In this document: one piece after another, positions 44,989-54,490 of the stretch
How positions within the stretch are numbered: the stretch's first letter is position 1
Layout of the letters: every line of letters starts with the position of its first letter
DNA from: Verrucomicrobiia bacterium
GTDB lineage: Bacteria > Verrucomicrobiota > Verrucomicrobiia > Chthoniobacterales > UBA6821
Assembly: GCA_040380225.1 (NCBI GenBank)
Contig: JBEIJN010000003.1
Location: 26,306 to 90,305, forward strand
Direction of reading: 5' to 3'
DNA length: 64,000 nucleotides
The notes under the pieces: model-generated
Seen by the model: only the letters and a program-made list of their open reading frames with translations
The model's database searches: none
Told to the model about the DNA's origin: nothing
Translations under genes and position numbers: made by a program

Positions 44989-45102
44989 GGAATATTTCGC
45001 CTCCTTTCTTTGCTGGTTGCGTTGTCGGGAAATTAAAGCCGACAGCCCCCGTCACAAAGAAAATTTCCTGATTTTTTTGCGAGGTGCCCGAAATTCCCAA
45101 AA

Positions 45103-45585
45103 TCAGGGCTTGATCTCGACGTGGGTTCCTTCGCGAACCCGGTCGAAGAGTTCGATCATGTCGTTGTTTCGAAGGCGGATGCATCCGTGGCTGGCTGGGG
45201 TTCCAATGAGGTGCTCCTGATTGGTTCCGTGGATGTAAATGTAGCGCTGACGGGTATTGGCGTTTTGCGGATCGAGTCCTTCAAGCCAGAGGATCCGAGT
45301 GAGCACGAGATCCTCTTCCCCTCCCTGATCCGCAACCTTTCCGGTCGCAATACGGCTTTGGAAGATCATCCCTGCCGGGGCGCCCTCGCCGATCTTCTCC
45401 GCTATCCTGAAGCGTCCCGTGGGTGTCCGGAAACTTCCCTCCTCGAATCCGAGTCCGAACCTCGATGTCGAGACGGGCCAGGTGGCCGTGACGACTTCTC
45501 CCTCGTTCATTTCCAAGACCTGACGGGCCACGTCGACTAGGAGGTGGCGTTGGTGGTGGCGCTGCGAGTTTGAAGGCTTTGACAT
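45103..45585 (-). CDS. L,D-transpeptidase (YkuD domain)
   Basis: Start at MSKPSNSQ. The C-terminal HGTNQEHLIGTPASHGCIRLRNNDMIELF carries the YkuD catalytic His/Cys motif. Confidence 0.8.
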   Translation of the reverse strand: MSKPSNSQRHHQRHLLVDVARQVLEMNEGEVVTATWPVSTSRFGLGFEEGSFRTPTGRFRIAEKIGEGAPAGMIFQSRIATGKVADQGGEEDLVLTRILWLEGLDPQNANTRQRYIYIHGTNQEHLIGTPASHGCIRLRNNDMIELFDRVREGTHVEIKP

Positions 45586-45646
45586 GGGATTACTGTTCTG
45601 GATGCTTGCAGAGAGCGGCCTGCGAAGGCAATTTTTACAGTTCATC

Positions 45647-46672
45647 ATGAGTAACAAAGCCACTGAATCCCGTTCCTCCTCCGCCAAGCACCTTGCCATT
45701 GTCGGTGCAACCGGTGCCGTCGGAATCGAGATGCTCCGGGTTCTGGAGCGCAGGAATTTCCCCGTCGCCTCCCTCCGTCTCCTTGCATCACCCCGTTCAG
45801 CGGGGAAGAAACTCCTCTTCCGCGGCGAGGAACTCACCGTAGAACCGCTGACCGAGAAGAGCTTCGAGGGGATCGAAATCGCCCTCTTCAGCGCCGGCGG
45901 GGGGATCTCCAAGGAATACGCACCTCACGCCGTGAAGGCTGGAGCCATTGTTGTCGATAACTCCTCCGCCTTCCGGATGGATCCGAAGGTTCCGCTGGTC
46001 GTACCCGAGATCAATGCCGCCGCCGCCGCCTCGCATTCCGGCATCCTTGCCAATCCCAACTGCACCACCGCGATCACGCTCATGGCGATCCACCCGCTTC
46101 ATCGGGTCTTCGGCCTCAAGCGGATTATCGCCTCAAGCTATCAGGCCGTCTCCGGCACCGGTGCGATGGCCATCGAGGAGTTGCGAAAGCAGGTCGAGGC
46201 TATCGCTTCGGAGAAGCCGGTGACCCGTGAGGTTTATCCGCATCAGATCGCCTTCAATGTACTCCCGCATGTCGATTCCTTCCTCGAGGACGGCTACACA
46301 CGCGAGGAGATGAAGATGCAGAACGAGGGGCGCCGCATCCTTGACCTTCCATCGCTCACCGCCTCGGTCACCTGTGTCCGTGTTCCGGTTTATCGTGCCC
46401 ACTCGGTCGCGGTGACCGCGGAGTTCGAGAAACCCGTCTCCCTCGAAAAAGCTCGCGAAGCCATCAATGCCGCTCCCGGCATCCGTCTCCATGACGATCC
46501 TGTCAATGCCGTCTATCCGATGCCCATCGAGTGCAGCGGCGAGGATGACTGCCGGATTGGACGCCTCCGCCTCGACTGCGCCCTGCCGAATGCTCTCACG
46601 TTTTGGGTCTGCGGCGACCAGCTCCTCAAGGGGGCTGCACTGAACGCCGTCCAGATCGCCGAGCTTTTGTAA
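45647..46672 (+). CDS. asd: Aspartate-semialdehyde dehydrogenase
   Basis: Start at MSNKATES. Contains AIVGATGAVG, the NPNCTT active-site Cys, and a VPVYRAHS region. Confidence 0.9.
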   Translation: MSNKATESRSSSAKHLAIVGATGAVGIEMLRVLERRNFPVASLRLLASPRSAGKKLLFRGEELTVEPLTEKSFEGIEIALFSAGGGISKEYAPHAVKAGAIVVDNSSAFRMDPKVPLVVPEINAAAAASHSGILANPNCTTAITLMAIHPLHRVFGLKRIIASSYQAVSGTGAMAIEELRKQVEAIASEKPVTREVYPHQIAFNVLPHVDSFLEDGYTREEMKMQNEGRRILDLPSLTASVTCVRVPVYRAHSVAVTAEFEKPVSLEKAREAINAAPGIRLHDDPVNAVYPMPIECSGEDDCRIGRLRLDCALPNALTFWVCGDQLLKGAALNAVQIAELL

Positions 46673-46702
46673 CTTTTCAACACTTTCACGACCACCTGAA
46701 CC

Positions 46703-47035
46703 ATGCCGACCTACGAATACGAGTGCAGCAAGTGCAAGAAGACCTTCGAGGCCTTCCAGTCGATGAAGGATGAGGCCTACAAGACGTGCCCCAAGGAGAA
46801 GTGCTGCATGAAGACCTGGGGAAAGGGTAAGGTGAAGCGCCTCCTCGGTGCAGGTGCGGGGCTGATCTTCAAAGGTTCCGGATTTTACATCACCGATTAC
46901 AGAAGCGAGGGTTACAAGAGCGCTGCCAAGAGTGACACCAGTTCCTCATCGGCCACTCCTGCTCCGGCAAAAGGTGATACCGCCAAGACCGCTCCGTCAG
47001 ACTCCAAGAAAAAGTCATCCAAGAAGGACACATGA
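46703..47035 (+). CDS. FmdB-family zinc-ribbon regulatory protein (CxxC_CxxC_SSSS)
   Basis: MPTYEYECSKCKKTFE...CPKEKC, followed by GSGFYITDYR and a Ser/Lys-rich tail. Confidence 0.75.
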   Translation: MPTYEYECSKCKKTFEAFQSMKDEAYKTCPKEKCCMKTWGKGKVKRLLGAGAGLIFKGSGFYITDYRSEGYKSAAKSDTSSSSATPAPAKGDTAKTAPSDSKKKSSKKDT

Positions 47036-47778
47036 GCGATCGCACCTGCTCCTCCTGTGGCGCTGTCAATACGGATGCGGTTGTTTACTGCTCCCAGTGC
47101 GGTGCCCTGCTGCAGGGTGTGCAGTCAGCAGCAGGGGATCCTCCTCCTTCCTCCACCGTGGCCGTGGCGAAGCGCCGTAGCCAACGGATTGAAGCCGATC
47201 GTCCAGCCGCTCCAACGGCCCTCTCCAGACTGAAGGGACTCTTCCTCTACGCCCTCTCGGTTGCGGTCGGTGTCGTCATCGTGCTAGCCCTGATGCAGCC
47301 GAAGAATGTTCCACCGCGGACTCAAACGCTTCCCAATGCCAAGCCCCTTACTCAGAAGATCATCTCGTCGGCCCGTTTCTCACCGGCGGTGCTCTCCCAG
47401 CAGCTCATCAACTCATGCCTGGATCAACAGGCACCGCTGACCTGGGATTCTCCGGTAAAGCTCGTTCCGATGCCGGTCTGGGAGTCTTCCTGTGTCGAAC
47501 TCTCCCCGGGCAAGGTCACGCTCTTTGCCAAGATCAGTCTGCTTGGCCGTCCCATCCATTTCTCCGAGACCTCCTATCCGGAAGGTAGGGCGGGGAACTG
47601 GGCACTTGTTCCAGAGGCTGCCACGATCGGCCTTCTTGACCTCCCTGTCTCGCTCATTCCCATTGTCACCCCGCTGCTCAGTGCCGGGGTGGCCCCCTTC
47701 TCCACGGAACTTGCATCCCTTGCCGCCGCACAGACACTGACGATCCGCTCCGGATTCGTCGAGTTCACCACACGTTGA
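47032..47778 (+). CDS. Zinc-ribbon plus single-TM protein, function unknown
   Basis: N-terminal CSSCGAVN...YCSQCGALL zinc ribbon and one TM segment (LFLYALSVAVGVVIVLALM). A 4-nt overlap with the upstream gene suggests an operon. Confidence 0.55.
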   Translation: MSDRTCSSCGAVNTDAVVYCSQCGALLQGVQSAAGDPPPSSTVAVAKRRSQRIEADRPAAPTALSRLKGLFLYALSVAVGVVIVLALMQPKNVPPRTQTLPNAKPLTQKIISSARFSPAVLSQQLINSCLDQQAPLTWDSPVKLVPMPVWESSCVELSPGKVTLFAKISLLGRPIHFSETSYPEGRAGNWALVPEAATIGLLDLPVSLIPIVTPLLSAGVAPFSTELASLAAAQTLTIRSGFVEFTTR

Positions 47779-47790
47779 GGTTTTGACCAA

Positions 47791-49044
47791 GTGAAGCGGC
47801 ACCAGCTTCCCCTGTTTCCGCTGATCCTGTTTCTCACCGGATGGGGAACCATGGATGCTCTTTCCAAGGGCCCTGCAATCACGGGAGAGGGGTGCTTCGC
47901 ATGGAGCACAGTCAAGGGATGCCAAAGCACGCCCGATTTCGGAAGGATGCTCGATACCGGGGGAAAGGAGTTTCTGGTTCGAACCGGATTTTCGCAACAT
48001 GCCCATCCTCCCGTGGTGGTCACCCTTCATCCGCGCACAGAAATTGCCGCTGCTCTACCCTTCCTGAAAGTGGATGCCCTGGAGGGGGGGATTCCCCGGA
48101 TCAGCGTCGATCTCCGGGAGGGAGAGATCCGAGGGGAGGGGCAAAAGCTCCTCATGGCCGCACTGTTGCTCCGGGAATATTATGACGGACATGCACCGGT
48201 TCCCGGTTCCCGCGTTCCCCAACATCCAGCCTGGGTGACACGTGGCTTGGCCTCTCTCTGTTTTCCGGCCGAGGAACCGTTTAGAATTCCATCTTCCTAC
48301 CTCAAGGTTAAGGGGGGGAACCCTCCGACTCTCGAGGACTTCCTGATCCAGCGTCCACCCGAGCGCTCCGACCCGACAATTTCGGATCTCTACGATGCTT
48401 CGGCCGCCTCTCTCCTGAAGTCCGGACTTTCAACTTCCGCCGGTCAGGCCGCCTTCCGGGAATGGGTAGGTCATGATGATCAGAAGCAAGCAAACCAAGT
48501 TCCCTCAAGATGGGTGGGCGGATGGGAGATGCGTCCCGTCGAGCGCCGGTGGCTCCTCTTGATGGCAGGCAGTTCATCCGACAGTGATGGTGGAATCAGG
48601 ATCCAGGGAGCAGCCGATTCCCTGAAAGCCTATGATTCCGTGATGACCGGGGGAATTCCGGAGGGTGCATCGATTCATTCTCTAGCTCAGGACAAAAAAG
48701 GCGGTGCCTATACCCTTGGCAAGCTTACAGAGCGCCTGACAGCGATTCACCTCCGTGCCAATCCCCTCGTTCTGCCTCTGATGGATCAGACACTCCTCCT
48801 CGTTGGGAAGGCCCCGAAACTTCCGGTGAAGAAAATCGAAGCGGAGGAAAAGCGTTTGGCGGAACTGCGCGAGGAAACAGTGAAACAGTCCCGTGCGATC
48901 GACGAGTATCTCGACTGGTATGAAGCCGCGAAGCTCCCTGTCCGAAGCGGCACCTTCGACAAACTTCTTCAGAACCAGGAGAGTGTGATCAAAAAAGGCC
49001 CCGTTGGCCGCTACCTCGACGCCGTGGAGGCGAGGGGATGGTAG
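47791..49044 (+). CDS. Hypothetical protein
   Basis: 417-aa ORF (GTG start on the track) following the zinc-ribbon gene. No recognisable motifs. Confidence 0.5.
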   Translation: MKRHQLPLFPLILFLTGWGTMDALSKGPAITGEGCFAWSTVKGCQSTPDFGRMLDTGGKEFLVRTGFSQHAHPPVVVTLHPRTEIAAALPFLKVDALEGGIPRISVDLREGEIRGEGQKLLMAALLLREYYDGHAPVPGSRVPQHPAWVTRGLASLCFPAEEPFRIPSSYLKVKGGNPPTLEDFLIQRPPERSDPTISDLYDASAASLLKSGLSTSAGQAAFREWVGHDDQKQANQVPSRWVGGWEMRPVERRWLLLMAGSSSDSDGGIRIQGAADSLKAYDSVMTGGIPEGASIHSLAQDKKGGAYTLGKLTERLTAIHLRANPLVLPLMDQTLLLVGKAPKLPVKKIEAEEKRLAELREETVKQSRAIDEYLDWYEAAKLPVRSGTFDKLLQNQESVIKKGPVGRYLDAVEARGW

Positions 49045-49398
49045 AGGGGAGAGGCGGGGGGAAATGAAAAATGAAGAATGAAGAATAAAAAATTAACCAG
49101 TAGAAGGTGGAAAACTGGGAAGGTGAACCAAGCGTCTGGGGTGGCGCGCGAAAGACTGAAAGACAAAAGCATCAATCAGAGGTCACTGTTAAGAGGGGCA
49201 CATTTTGCAGTTCCATCCCTGCCCGCGCTTGCGTGATCCCTTACACGGATTATCCTATCGGGATGTTCTTTCTGACGCGGCGCGAGCAGATGGTGGTGAT
49301 CTTCATCCTCACCTCCCTGTTCCTCGGTGCGGGTATCCGCCATTACCGCCTCGAGAGGATGCTTCCCTCCCAATTCCACCCCTCGCACTGAGTTTTTC

Positions 49399-49887
49399 AT
49401 GAAAGTTTCAGGATTCAACGAAGCGGTCGCCATCGCGGTGGCCCGAGATCAGAGTTACCGGCCCGAGGGGTATCAGTTCCTGCGCGAATCGCTCGAGGCA
49501 ACCCTTAAGAAGCGTCACAAATCCAAATCTTCGCGCCCTTCCCGGCAGCCTGCGGAACCGATCACCTCATCCCATGTGACGGCGGGGGAATTGCTCGAGG
49601 GCTTCCGGCTTCAGGCTCTCCGCGAGTTCGGTCCCATGGCTGTCACCGTGCTGGAATACTGGGGGGTGAAGAGTTCCCGGGATGTCGGCCAGATGGTTTT
49701 CAATCTTGTCGAGGCCGGTGCCTTTGGCCGCACGGAAAGCGATTCCATCGAGGACTTTGACCGGGGATTCGATTTTCATGAGGCCTTTGTCGCCCCGTTC
49801 CTGCCACCTCCTGTGACCGCACCTGATTCCTCCGATTCAACAACAGGCCCCGGTTCTCCAACCGCCGAGTCGCTTCCCACAACATGA
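49399..49887 (+). CDS. Minf_1886 family protein (TIGR04138-like, Planctomycetes/Verrucomicrobia conserved hypothetical)
   Basis: Start at MKVSGFNE. YRPEGYQFLRESLE...HVTAGELLEGFRLQALREFGPMA...VFNLVEAGAFGRTESDSIEDF matches my recollection of this family's pattern. Not searched. Confidence 0.55.
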   Translation: MKVSGFNEAVAIAVARDQSYRPEGYQFLRESLEATLKKRHKSKSSRPSRQPAEPITSSHVTAGELLEGFRLQALREFGPMAVTVLEYWGVKSSRDVGQMVFNLVEAGAFGRTESDSIEDFDRGFDFHEAFVAPFLPPPVTAPDSSDSTTGPGSPTAESLPTT

Positions 49888-52589
49888 AACTCCTGATCCT
49901 TACGATGACGCTCCTCACCACCCTGCTATCCCCGGCCTTGGATGCCGCTCAACCAAAGCCTCTCCAACATGGATCGGGGAAGCCTTCACCCACGCCTGTT
50001 GCGGAGGCCTTCGTCGCCACAGGTGAGGCGGGGAAGCCTCAGGTCTTCACTTACCCCAACGGTCTGACCCTCATTGTCGAGGAGAACCGCGGTGCCCCGG
50101 TCGCCAGCGTCCAGGCATGGTGCAACACCGGCTCTATCCATGAGGGGAAATGGCTCGGAGCGGGACTCTCCCACATCCTTGAGCACATGCTCTTCAAGGG
50201 CACGACTTCCAGGGCTCCCGGAGTCATCGCCAGCCAGGTGCAGGATCAGGGCGGCTACATCAACGCCTACACCTCGCACGACCGTACCGTCTACTGGATC
50301 GACGTTCCCGCCAAAGGAGCTGCCAAGGCAGTCGACATACTTGCCGATGCCATGATGAATGCCACGCTTCCCGAGGAGGAATACAACAAGGAGCAGGAGG
50401 TGATCCGCAGGGAGTTTGCCATGGGATACGACAACCCCGACCGCACCGCCTCTCTGCTGCTCTTCCGCACCGCCTTCCACACCAGCCCCTTCAAGGAGCC
50501 GGTCATCGGACATCTCGACATTTACAACAAGCTTACCCGGCAGGACGTGCTCGACTACTACAAGCGCCGCTACGTCCCGAATAACCTCTGCTTCGTCGTA
50601 GTCGGCGATGTGAATGCCTCGGAGATCCGGGACCAACTCGGAACCTTCTTCGCAAAATATCCCCGCGTCGCCCTCGAGCCGGTACCGGTGGCCGAAGAGC
50701 CGCCTCAACTTGGCAAAATCGAGGGAAGGGACACCTTCCCGACCGATCTCAGTCGCCTCAACATGGCCTGGCGTGCCCCCGGCGCCACCAGCGCTGACGC
50801 CCCCGCCGTCGAGGTTCTCTCCGCAGTGCTTGCTTCGGGCACCAGCTCCATCCTCAACACTGAAGTCCGTGAGAGGAAAGGGCTCGTCCATCAGGTCGGC
50901 GGCGGTCTCTACTCACTCACTCCTAAGGAGGGAATGATCTATATCGGCGCCATCTCCGATCCGGCCAAGCGTGATGCGGCAGAGAAGGAAATCATTGCCC
51001 AGGTCGGGAAGATCGCCCGTGATGGGGTCAGCGACTCCCAGCTTGCCAAGGCCAAGAAGGGACTTCTTTCCGAGCATTACCATGGTCTTTCCACGATGCG
51101 TGGACGCGCCTCCGACTACGGCGGGGGATGGCTCATGACGGGAAATCCCGAGTTCGGTCACCGCTACCTCGAGGCCATTGAAAAGGTCACCACCGCCGAT
51201 ATCCGCCGTGTTGCCTCAACCTATCTCAAGCCCGAAGGGCTCATCGTCACCTCGCTCGATCCGGCCGAAGGAACAAAGGAATCGGGCGATATGAAGCAGG
51301 CCAAGCCTGCCGATTCCGAAATCGCAAAGTCGGTCCTTCCCAACGGACTCACCGTTCTGATCCATGAGGACAACCGTCTTCCCCTTGTCTCGATTGTCGC
51401 CGCATTCCGCGGAGGGCTGCTTGCCGAGACTCCGGAAAAGAACGGTCTCTCCCAACTGCTTGCCAGCACCATCGTCAAGGGGACGAAGACACGTTCCGCC
51501 GAGCAGATCGCCGAGACGGTCGAACATGTGGGCGGATCCATCGGTGCCGGTGCCGGGAATAACTCCGTTTCGGTTTCCGTGGAAGTGATGAAGGATGACT
51601 TCGCGCTGGGCATGCAGATCCTCTCCGACGTCGTGGCCAACGCCACCTTCCCCGAGAATGAGGTCGCCCGTGAGAAGGACTCCCAACTCGCCTCGATCAA
51701 GGCCGAGGATGACCAGATCACCGCCGTGGCGAGGAATCTCCTCAAGCCGCGCCTCTACGGAAACCATCCCTATGCCCTGCGCGGGAGCGGCTCCCCCGAG
51801 ACCGTCACCAACCTCACCTCGGCCGACCTGAAGTCATTCCGTGACCGCCTCCTGACGGGTCGTAACGGTGTCCTCTCCATCTTCGGCTCGGTCAAGACTC
51901 AGGAAGCCCTTGAGCTTGCCAAGAAGGACTTCGGATCGCTCCCCGCAGGTGAGCAACTCCTCACCACGCCTCCCGTGGCCTCCCCGTTGACCTCTTCCGT
52001 CGAGACTTCCGCGGAGCGTCCCAAGCAGCAGGCCGTCGTCATGAAGGGATTCCTCGGAACCTCCATCGCCAGCGAGGATCGTCCCGCGCTGGAACTCATC
52101 GCGGAGGCTTCCAGCGATCTCGGATCCCGCTTCTTCAACCGGATCCGCGAGAAGCTGGGACTTGCCTACTTCGTCGGGGCCTCCAACTCCACGGGACTCG
52201 CTCCAGGTGCCTTCGTCTTTTATCTCGGAACCGATCCCAAGAAGGTTGATCTGGCCAAGAGCGAGTTCAATGACGAGATCGCCAAGCTTGCCACGGAGGG
52301 GTTGACCCCTGAGGAACTTGATCGCGCCAAGGCAAAACTCCTGGGGGGCGAGGCCATCCACAACCAGTCCCATGCCGCTCTCGGAGGACTTTGCGCCACC
52401 AACGAGTTGCTGGGTCTCGGCTATGACCACGACAAGGTCCGCAAGGAAGAGATCGGGAAGGTGACCATTGATGAGATCAAGCGCGTGGCACAGAAATACT
52501 TCCGCGACGGGAAAAGCGTCGAAGTCGTTGTCGGCCCACCGGCCGTCAAGGCTGCAGAGCCGCTTCACAACCCTACCAAGGCACCCTAG
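49884..52589 (+). CDS. Tandem M16 (pitrilysin/insulinase) family zinc peptidase, secreted
   Basis: Signal peptide, an HILEHMLFKGT (HxxEH) zinc motif in the first half, and a second, inactive-type M16 repeat in the second half. Confidence 0.85.
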   Translation: MKLLILTMTLLTTLLSPALDAAQPKPLQHGSGKPSPTPVAEAFVATGEAGKPQVFTYPNGLTLIVEENRGAPVASVQAWCNTGSIHEGKWLGAGLSHILEHMLFKGTTSRAPGVIASQVQDQGGYINAYTSHDRTVYWIDVPAKGAAKAVDILADAMMNATLPEEEYNKEQEVIRREFAMGYDNPDRTASLLLFRTAFHTSPFKEPVIGHLDIYNKLTRQDVLDYYKRRYVPNNLCFVVVGDVNASEIRDQLGTFFAKYPRVALEPVPVAEEPPQLGKIEGRDTFPTDLSRLNMAWRAPGATSADAPAVEVLSAVLASGTSSILNTEVRERKGLVHQVGGGLYSLTPKEGMIYIGAISDPAKRDAAEKEIIAQVGKIARDGVSDSQLAKAKKGLLSEHYHGLSTMRGRASDYGGGWLMTGNPEFGHRYLEAIEKVTTADIRRVASTYLKPEGLIVTSLDPAEGTKESGDMKQAKPADSEIAKSVLPNGLTVLIHEDNRLPLVSIVAAFRGGLLAETPEKNGLSQLLASTIVKGTKTRSAEQIAETVEHVGGSIGAGAGNNSVSVSVEVMKDDFALGMQILSDVVANATFPENEVAREKDSQLASIKAEDDQITAVARNLLKPRLYGNHPYALRGSGSPETVTNLTSADLKSFRDRLLTGRNGVLSIFGSVKTQEALELAKKDFGSLPAGEQLLTTPPVASPLTSSVETSAERPKQQAVVMKGFLGTSIASEDRPALELIAEASSDLGSRFFNRIREKLGLAYFVGASNSTGLAPGAFVFYLGTDPKKVDLAKSEFNDEIAKLATEGLTPEELDRAKAKLLGGEAIHNQSHAALGGLCATNELLGLGYDHDKVRKEEIGKVTIDEIKRVAQKYFRDGKSVEVVVGPPAVKAAEPLHNPTKAP

Positions 52590-52700
52590 GCCGAAAGGCT
52601 CTAGCGATTTAGGCTTTAGGCAATTAGCTTGAATCCGGTAGAGATTGAACCTTCTGACCTCCTAAAAACCTAAAGCCTAACCCTCTAAATACCTATTCGT

Positions 52701-53150
52701 ATGGCCGAAATCCAGCAATCCACGAACTCAGCAGACCTTACCCAGCGATTCATCGAACTCGTGATGATGAATGCGCAGCAGGCGGCACTCTGCCTCGGGC
52801 AGATGGCGCATCCCTCCACCGGCAAGGCCGAGGTGAATCTCGATGCCGCCAAGATGTTCATCGATCATCTCGAAATCATCAGGGAGAAGACCCGCGGCAA
52901 CCTCAGCAAGGACGAGGAGAAAATCCTCACCAGCGTCCTGTCGGAACTCCAACTCGCCTTTGTTCAGGTGTCCAGCGGTGCCGGTGCCGCTGGACATGTC
53001 CATGACGAGACCTGCAACCACGATCATGGTCCTGCCGCTCCCGAGGCTCCCGCTGTCGAACCGACTGCTCAGGGTGAGACGCCCAGGCAAGAAGCTTCAT
53101 CTTCGGAAGAAGAGAGTAAGAAGCGCTTTACCAAATCCTACGGAGAGTAG
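52701..53150 (+). CDS. DUF1844 domain protein
   Basis: FIELVMMNAQQAALCLGQMAHPSTGKAEVNLDAAKMFIDHLEIIREKTRGNL is typical of DUF1844. Confidence 0.65.
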   Translation: MAEIQQSTNSADLTQRFIELVMMNAQQAALCLGQMAHPSTGKAEVNLDAAKMFIDHLEIIREKTRGNLSKDEEKILTSVLSELQLAFVQVSSGAGAAGHVHDETCNHDHGPAAPEAPAVEPTAQGETPRQEASSSEEESKKRFTKSYGE

Positions 53151-53230
53151 GTCCAGTTGCGCCTGATGTGGTGAGAGCTACGTCAACCGTAGCAGATCAT
53201 CAACGACGCTCATTCGCCGAAATTTCAAGC

Positions 53231-54490
53231 CTATGCCTTGACGCGCTCGATGTGCGCTCCCAATCCGTTCAGTTTCTCGTCGATGGCTTCGTAACCACGG
53301 TCGATATGGTAGACGCGGTTGATCTCGGTCACCCCATCGGCGGGCAGGGCCGCCAGGACGAGGGCTGCTGAGGCGCGGAGATCGCTGGCCATCACGGGAG
53401 CGCCGCTGAGGCGATCGACGCCGTGGATGGTGGCGCGATGGTCGGTGAGATGGATGTCGGCTCCCATACGCTTGAGTTCCGCGACGTGCATGAAGCGCTG
53501 GGGGAAGACGGTCTCGGTGATGACGCTGGTGCCGTTCATCGTCGCGAGCATCGCGCAGAACTGCGCCTGCATGTCGGTGGGGAAGCCAGGGTAGGGGAGT
53601 GTCTCGAGATGGAGAGGCTTGCGCGAACCGTTCGGAGAGATGGTGATGCTGTCGGCCGTATGGGTCAGATCGAACCCGGCCTTGGTTAGCGCCCCGATGA
53701 CGGCGCCCAGATGCCTCGGCTCGGTGCGGGTGATGGTCACGTTCCTGCCGGCAATGGCCCCGGCAACCAGGAAGGTTCCCCCTTCGATGCGGTCGGGGAT
53801 CACGGTGTGCTTCGCCCCGTGCAGTTCCATCACTCCCTCGATCTCGATACGCTGTGTTCCTGCTCCGGTGATCCTTGCACCCATCGAGATCAGGAAATCC
53901 GCGAGATCGACGACTTCGGGTTCTTCGGCGGCCCCCTCGATCACGGTGGTTCCCTCGGCAAGGACGGCGGCCATCATGATGTTGCCGGTGCCGAGGACTG
54001 TGGGGCCGTGGCGGCCGCGGAGATTGATGCGGGCTCCCTTGAGCTGTTTTGCCTCGAGGAGGATATCCCCGCCCTTGACGGTGACCTTGGCGCCCAGCGC
54101 CTCGAAACCCTTCAGATGAAGATCAATCGGACGGTCGCCGATGACACAGCCGCCGGGAAGGGAGACCTTGGCCATCTTTTCGCGTCCGAGCAGGGGGCCG
54201 AGTACACAGACGGAGGCCCGCATCTTGCGAACGATTTCGTAGGGTGCCTCGGTCTTGATCTTCTCGGCACGGATCTGGACAACACCGCTGGCGCGTTCCA
54301 CCTCGGCGCCGAGTTGGCTCAGGATGGTGAGCATGTAGTGGATGTCGCTCAGGTCGGGTACCCGGTCGATGACGCACTTTTCTTTCGTCAGGAGGGTGGC
54401 CGCCAGAATCGGCAGGGCGGAGTTCTTGGAGCCTCCGATGCGGACATTGCCTTCGAGGCTTCGGCCTCCGTGTACGAGAATCTTATCCAT
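53231..54490 (-). CDS. murA: UDP-N-acetylglucosamine 1-carboxyvinyltransferase
   Basis: Start at MDKILVHGGRSLEGNVRIGGSKNSALP. Contains the LPGGCVIGDRPID active-site Cys loop and has MurA length. Confidence 0.9.
   Translation of the reverse strand: MDKILVHGGRSLEGNVRIGGSKNSALPILAATLLTKEKCVIDRVPDLSDIHYMLTILSQLGAEVERASGVVQIRAEKIKTEAPYEIVRKMRASVCVLGPLLGREKMAKVSLPGGCVIGDRPIDLHLKGFEALGAKVTVKGGDILLEAKQLKGARINLRGRHGPTVLGTGNIMMAAVLAEGTTVIEGAAEEPEVVDLADFLISMGARITGAGTQRIEIEGVMELHGAKHTVIPDRIEGGTFLVAGAIAGRNVTITRTEPRHLGAVIGALTKAGFDLTHTADSITISPNGSRKPLHLETLPYPGFPTDMQAQFCAMLATMNGTSVITETVFPQRFMHVAELKRMGADIHLTDHRATIHGVDRLSGAPVMASDLRASAALVLAALPADGVTEINRVYHIDRGYEAIDEKLNGLGAHIERVKA

Noticed and set aside
49264-49391. 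A possible 42-aa single-TM peptide (MFFLTRREQMVVIFILTSLFLGAGIRHY...) just upstream of the Minf_1886-like gene.
   Set aside because: It is plausible but unsupported. It is short, I could not identify a clear RBS, and I recognise no family. It is left out of the feature list pending conservation or Ribo-seq evidence.
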